A stretch of 64,000 bases of DNA from an uncultured Verrucomicrobiota bacterium (lineage in GTDB: Bacteria; Verrucomicrobiota; Verrucomicrobiia; Limisphaerales; J093): NCBI GenBank assembly GCA_964411985.1, contig CAYPNF010000033.1, forward strand, positions 14,337 to 78,336, read 5' to 3'. Position 1 is the first letter of the stretch. Each line of letters opens with the position of its first letter. Both the position numbers and the translations under genes were made by a program. Shown here piece by piece: positions 59,247 through 64,000 of the stretch. The notes below the pieces were generated by a model. The model ran no database searches, was not told the origin of the DNA, and saw only the letters and a program-made list of their open reading frames with translations.

Positions 59247-60232
59247 GAATCAGGGCTGCTCTTCTTATTGCCGTCGTCGCAGTGCTGATGTCATGGCGCG
59301 CCTGGCCGGAAGACCCAAAGGGGCGTGCCAGCGTGATTCTGGTCATGGGTGCTCCCGGCGAGCCCGAATTCGCGAGCAACTTCGTCAGCCAAGTCACCCT
59401 TTGGGAGAAAGCCGCCGCGTTGGGCGGGGCTAGCATCTCTATCGTGGGAACCCAGAGGGACGCCCCCACCAACGACCTCGTGCGCTTGGAGGAAAGGCTG
59501 GCAGCGGAGCCCAAGGAGAGTCTTGATGGACTCTGGTTGGTATTGATCGGGCATGGAACCTTCGATGGTCAGGAGGCATGCTTCAACCTGCGCGGCCCGG
59601 ACTTGACCACCGAGAATCTGGCCTCCTTGTTACAGCCTTTTCGACGCCCGCTGACGGTGATCGCCGCCGCTTCCTGCAGCGCCCCGTTCCTCAGCAAACT
59701 CTCCGCCACCAACCGCATCATTCTTACCGCCACGCGCAGCGGGCACGAGCAGAACTACACACGTTTCGGACAGTACCTCGCCGCCGCGATTGCGGATCCG
59801 GAAACCGACTTGGATCGGGACGGCCAGGTTTCGCTCCTGGAAGCTTTCCTGACGGCCTCTCGCCAGGTGAGCGAGTTCTACCGCCTCGCGGGACGCCTGG
59901 TGACGGAACATTCGCTTCTCGACGACAACGGCGATGGTTTGGGCACGCCGGCTGATTGGTTTCGGGGCCTTCGCGCCATCAAGAAGCCCCAGGAGAAAGC
60001 ACTGGTCGACGGACTTCTTGCCCACCAGACGCACCTGGTGCGCAGCACCGCCGAGCAAAGTCTTAGCTCGGAACAGCGCGCACGCCGCGACATGATCGAA
60101 CGCACCGTACTGCTTCATCGCGAGAAAAGGGGAAAAGTGCCGGACAACGAGTACTACCAAGGGCTGGAAGCAATCCTGCTCGAGTTAGCTCGGTTCTACG
60201 AATCCGTTGGCTCGAATCCCGGCACTCACTGA
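59243..60232 (+). CDS. Exported protein with probable caspase/legumain-like (clan CD) fold
   Basis: Signal peptide; LVLIGHG and IAAASC (possible His-Cys dyad); DLDRDGQVSLLEAF EF-hand-like motif; ATGA-coupled. Confidence 0.65.
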   Translation: MRIRAALLIAVVAVLMSWRAWPEDPKGRASVILVMGAPGEPEFASNFVSQVTLWEKAAALGGASISIVGTQRDAPTNDLVRLEERLAAEPKESLDGLWLVLIGHGTFDGQEACFNLRGPDLTTENLASLLQPFRRPLTVIAAASCSAPFLSKLSATNRIILTATRSGHEQNYTRFGQYLAAAIADPETDLDRDGQVSLLEAFLTASRQVSEFYRLAGRLVTEHSLLDDNGDGLGTPADWFRGLRAIKKPQEKALVDGLLAHQTHLVRSTAEQSLSSEQRARRDMIERTVLLHREKRGKVPDNEYYQGLEAILLELARFYESVGSNPGTH

Positions 60233-60296
60233 AAGGCGGAGACCCACCGGCGCGCACGTCCATGGAGTGTGGCCTGCCGTGGCTCTTTGGCACTCT

Positions 60297-62741
60297 CTAT
60301 TTTTTGAAAAGCGTCCCCAAATCTACCCTCCAGGGGACGCGACCCGACTGGTCGAAACGAACTTGAATTCGGAGCAGATGCTCCTCCATCATTTTCAGGG
60401 TGTAGCCTGGATAATCGCGAAAGAGGAACGGGCCTCCTTGCACCCAAGGCTGAGCTTCCGGGACATAGATGGTTACGCGGTGGCTGGTTCCCTTCGGCCC
60501 AAGTGAGACTCCCTCCAGCGTCTGGTTTGTCCCATTCCATGAAACACTCTCCAATTCCAGGGCTCCTTGCAGAATGTGGCGGTCGGTTGAAATGACCTGC
60601 GGAGCGGCGCGCTTTGCGTGTAATGCCAGAAGCGTCACGCTGGCAGGCTCAACCCGCGCCCGCAGTTCACCGACCACTTCACCATGCAGGCGTTCGCCCC
60701 AGAAATCGTAGGCCAGGTAGGTCGCTGTCGGATTGAGCCCGAGTCGGGTCAGGGGAATAGCCCGGTCGAGCCGCTCCGTCTCGCTTGCGTTGAAGAGCCC
60801 TACCACCGTCCATTCACCCAATGGCTTCCGGATCCGCAGGCCGAAAACCGAATGTCGGTCCGTGTCGAACAGATCGATCGGCCGAGCCGCCTCACCATAG
60901 GAGGGTAATGCCTTTTTCAAGATCTCGAGCCGACCTGCATCCAGGTCGGGCAGCCGATCTCCTGAGATGAGGTTGCCGCCGGTCAGGGCGAGGAGCGATG
61001 CGGCGGCTTGTGCCTGGGGCAGGGAAAGCAGGTTCAGACAGGCATGGTCGGCGTCGTTGATCCAGGTGCGTTTATGGAAGTAGTACCGTTTGGCTGCGGC
61101 TGGGGCGCTGCTGGTGGATTCGGTGAAGTACTGCTTCCACGCCTGTTTTCGAAACCCGTAGTTCTGATCGAGCTCAATCCGCATGCTATCGAGCAGGCCG
61201 ACAGTGACAGGTCCCGGGCCGCAGTCTTGGAGATGTCGGTTGGGTCCGAGGGCCCGGCGCATGATCTCGAATCCCTTCCGGTAGGCCTCTGCCCGTGTCA
61301 CGGCGGGATCGTGATAACGGTGTGCGGCCAGCAGCGACCAATCGACGAAGTCGATCTTGAACATCTCGTACCCCCAGTCGTGAGCCACGGTGTGGAAAAG
61401 GTCTGCCATCCATGCGGCTGCTCCGGGATGGGTGATATCCAGGCCGTAGCGCTTCGGGTTCTCGTTGCGCGCCCAATCAGAGTCTTCACTCGGCCAGGGG
61501 CCCACCCGCTTGAGGCTGCCGTCCGGGTTCCGCAGCAACCAGTCTGGGTGTTTGCGGAAGACCTCCGAGGGCTCGGAGATGACATACGGAGCGAGCCAGA
61601 TTCCGGGCTTGAGCCCGAGCGCGCGAATGCGCTTGGCCAACCACTTCATGCCGTGCGGAAACCGTGTGTTACCTTCCCAATCGCCATGCCAACGCTGGAA
61701 ACCTTCGTCCACCTGGATGTACTCGAGGCCAAACGGCTTGAGCGTGCGCGCCGCGAACTCGGCATTGCGGAGCACTTCCTCCTCAGTGATGTGTTCGAAG
61801 GTGGTGAACCAGTTACACCAGCCATTGACCACGGAACGAACCCTCCCCCCCTGCGCCTGGCCCATGGTGTCGGCATACCCCTCCAGTGCCGTGTACGGAT
61901 CCGGTGCGATATGGAGCATGAAGCGCCCGGAGCGAATCGTGCGGCCCGGCGGCAATTCGAACCCTTTCGCCAGGATGGATTCGGCGACTAATCCAATCGC
62001 GCCAACCGCCTCCTCCCGGCTAACCAGTACCTGGCCCAGCGCGGTTTGGTTGTCCACGTAACCGCACACCAGTCCCTCCTGTTCGTAGCCTCGGAAGAAC
62101 CCGATGTTCCACCAACTCCGCAGCGACTCCGCGGCGCCAGAGGGCAGTTCAGTCACTTTTCCCGGGTCATAGTACATCGGACCGTTGGTGAGCACTTTCG
62201 TCACCCCTGTCCACCACAATGCGCCTTCGGTCTCGGCCTTTGCGCAAATCGGTTCCAGCGCCTCGAGCACGATCGGTTGAGCAGAGACGTTTTGGCATTC
62301 CACTTCGATCAGGACAGACGGCCGCCCCTCGTAGAGAGTTAGCTTCGTGCCGAAATTGAGGCGGCTCTGAGCATCAGTACTGCGCAGCAGAAGCAGTCGA
62401 CCGAGTCCAAGCGAGTCATGGATTGGAGTGGAATCCAGCACGTGCTGGTACGACGTGTCATTTGTGGTCCGTCTCTTGCCAAGCAGTGTGGCACGAGCAA
62501 CAGCTCCGGTTAGCAGGGGCCCACCGTTCCTGCGCCAGCATTGCAGGCGCCCGGTGCTCATATCGAAGGCTGCGGCGAGGAAGTCGTTCTGGATCTGTGC
62601 CGTGGGGAGGTCGACAGTGGTTGCCGCCCCGAGTGAGTGCGTTGCCCATGGAACAGAAACGGCCGCCGTGGCGACCTGCTTCAGGAATTCCCGGCGGTTG
62701 GTGGACAAGCGCTTGTGATCTTGGGCTTGAGCGGGTTTCAT
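60297..62741 (-). CDS. Tat-exported alpha-galactosidase (GH36/GH27 clan D)
   Basis: NRREFL Tat motif; GWCNW, IQVDEGFQ, RFPHGMK, PGIWLAP, FKIDF (nucleophile) and WINDAD. Confidence 0.88.
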   Translation of the reverse strand: MKPAQAQDHKRLSTNRREFLKQVATAAVSVPWATHSLGAATTVDLPTAQIQNDFLAAAFDMSTGRLQCWRRNGGPLLTGAVARATLLGKRRTTNDTSYQHVLDSTPIHDSLGLGRLLLLRSTDAQSRLNFGTKLTLYEGRPSVLIEVECQNVSAQPIVLEALEPICAKAETEGALWWTGVTKVLTNGPMYYDPGKVTELPSGAAESLRSWWNIGFFRGYEQEGLVCGYVDNQTALGQVLVSREEAVGAIGLVAESILAKGFELPPGRTIRSGRFMLHIAPDPYTALEGYADTMGQAQGGRVRSVVNGWCNWFTTFEHITEEEVLRNAEFAARTLKPFGLEYIQVDEGFQRWHGDWEGNTRFPHGMKWLAKRIRALGLKPGIWLAPYVISEPSEVFRKHPDWLLRNPDGSLKRVGPWPSEDSDWARNENPKRYGLDITHPGAAAWMADLFHTVAHDWGYEMFKIDFVDWSLLAAHRYHDPAVTRAEAYRKGFEIMRRALGPNRHLQDCGPGPVTVGLLDSMRIELDQNYGFRKQAWKQYFTESTSSAPAAAKRYYFHKRTWINDADHACLNLLSLPQAQAAASLLALTGGNLISGDRLPDLDAGRLEILKKALPSYGEAARPIDLFDTDRHSVFGLRIRKPLGEWTVVGLFNASETERLDRAIPLTRLGLNPTATYLAYDFWGERLHGEVVGELRARVEPASVTLLALHAKRAAPQVISTDRHILQGALELESVSWNGTNQTLEGVSLGPKGTSHRVTIYVPEAQPWVQGGPFLFRDYPGYTLKMMEEHLLRIQVRFDQSGRVPWRVDLGTLFKK

Positions 62742-62877
62742 GAGGTAGAGTAGTAGCAGTCTGGCTCCGCTCAGTCAAAGATGCCTTCTGGTCCCAAGCA
62801 TTACCGAAGATTCTCTTAAGATGTACAGGAAAGCTAATGGCTGGATAAGACGAACAAGTGGTCTGTTCTGGTTCGAC

Positions 62878-62907
62878 TTGCAACATGCTCGAGTGTGATG
62901 CTATACT
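62878..62907 (+). promoter_or_regulatory. sigma70 promoter with extended -10
   Basis: TTGCAA-N18-TATACT with TGc immediately before the -10, upstream of the gene at 63156. Confidence 0.55.
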
Positions 62908-63155
62908 AATTCAACAATTTCCCATAATGGAGGCGAGGATCACACCGGGTGAGGTTCGCCTTTTCGTGCGCTTACGCTGGCTATTCTCCGGCTGTGGGCA
63001 AGCGGATTAGGTGGGGGACTCGGGACAGGGATTGGATCGCCGGGGCATGGTTGGCCCGTGAGGTGGCTTGCGAGGCTGAAAGGGTGGGTTTGCTGTGATC
63101 TTTGTCTTCAAGCGGGCTTGCCTAAACAATGTAGGATTCGCAACCAAGTACTGTG

Positions 63156-64000
63156 ATGAAAACCCCACGACTCACTCCCCGTTCCGCAACCTTTTGGCTG
63201 GGACTTATGATAATCACCGCAGGGCTGCCCCGCATAACCGGCCTTGCGCAGCCATCGAACCTCCCGCGTACCGATTTCTGGAGGCCGGATGGCCCAGTCT
63301 ACGCCATCGCTGTTAACGCCAACACGGTCTATATCGGGGGCAAGTTCGGGTATGTTGGCCCTCGCACCGGTGGCTTGGGGCTGGTGAGCGCCGCCACGGG
63401 GGTGGCGAAACCCGGGTTCCCTGCCGTGAACGGACCGGTGTACTCAGCCGATGGGGATGGCAAAGGTGGTTGGTATATCGGGGGAAGCTTTTCGACGGTC
63501 GGAGGGATCGTACGAAGCAACCTGGCCCACATCCTTGCGGACAACACAGTGGACCCGGCTTGGAACCCTTCGCTCAATGGCAGCAACCTGGTCATCGTTG
63601 CATCGGACAGTACGGTCTTTGTGGGTGGTGCTTTTACGCGTGTGGGCAGCACCGTGCGCAACCGTATTGCGGCGCTCGATGCGAAGACAGGGCAACCTAG
63701 TGCTTGGAATCCGAGTGCGAATTCGGGTCTCGTTGCCAGTATTGTGCCAGCCGGTGAACTCGTTTACGTTGGGGGAAGTTTCACCTCCATCGGTGGACAG
63801 AGCCGCAGCCGGATTGCAGCATTGTCGGCCGCAACAGGATTGGCCACGACCTGGAATCCAGGAGCGAGTGCCGGGGTGGTTAACGCGATCGCCGTTTCGG
63901 GGACCAATGTGTATCTGGGTGGAACCTTCACCACGGCGGGTGGCAAACCTCGCAGCCGTATCGCGGGATTGGGTACAGCTTCCAATACGGCACTGTCATG
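63156..64000 (+). CDS. Secreted beta-propeller repeat protein, runs off the window
   Basis: Absent from the ORF track; translated by hand: MKTPRLTPRSATFWLGLM...YIGGSFSTVGG...VFVGGAFTRVGSTVRNRIAALDAKTG...WNP repeats, open to the end. Confidence 0.85.
   Translation, partial: MKTPRLTPRSATFWLGLMIITAGLPRITGLAQPSNLPRTDFWRPDGPVYAIAVNANTVYIGGKFGYVGPRTGGLGLVSAATGVAKPGFPAVNGPVYSADGDGKGGWYIGGSFSTVGGIVRSNLAHILADNTVDPAWNPSLNGSNLVIVASDSTVFVGGAFTRVGSTVRNRIAALDAKTGQPSAWNPSANSGLVASIVPAGELVYVGGSFTSIGGQSRSRIAALSAATGLATTWNPGASAGVVNAIAVSGTNVYLGGTFTTAGGKPRSRIAGLGTASNTALS

Overview
GC-rich bacterial chromosome segment, most likely Verrucomicrobiota. The inference rests on a PEP-CTERM protein, a prepilin with a C-terminal H...DG motif, recurring '...FYRL' secreted modules and a PVC-type MoxR operon. 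Left part: end of an exopolysaccharide operon (pyruvyl transferase, GT2, Wzy/WaaL-like, two GT4), a PfkB kinase, a pilin-like/ABC exporter operon, a KamA-type radical SAM gene and zwf-pgl. Accessory zone (about 14-38 kb): two M48 proteases, a collapsed SulP remnant, a BspA LRR protein with attC-like palindromes nearby, an exported FGE-like/2x arylsulfotransferase/sulfatase/metallophosphatase/CotH-pseudogene operon, a glycoside hydrolase-like gene, a Tat oxidoreductase, an esterase, and a dockerin-like/cohesin-like/PEP-CTERM trio. Right part: tRNA-Leu(CAA), a 2179-aa mosaic surface protein behind a palindromic operator, an 8-gene MoxR-VWA operon bracketed by two putative exported proteases, a Tat alpha-galactosidase and a truncated beta-propeller repeat protein. 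Best candidates for undescribed systems: the dockerin-cohesin display trio, the sulfo/phospho-transfer operon whose members share Gly/Arg-rich tails, and the protease-flanked MoxR operon. All family calls come from motif recognition by eye; no database searches were run.
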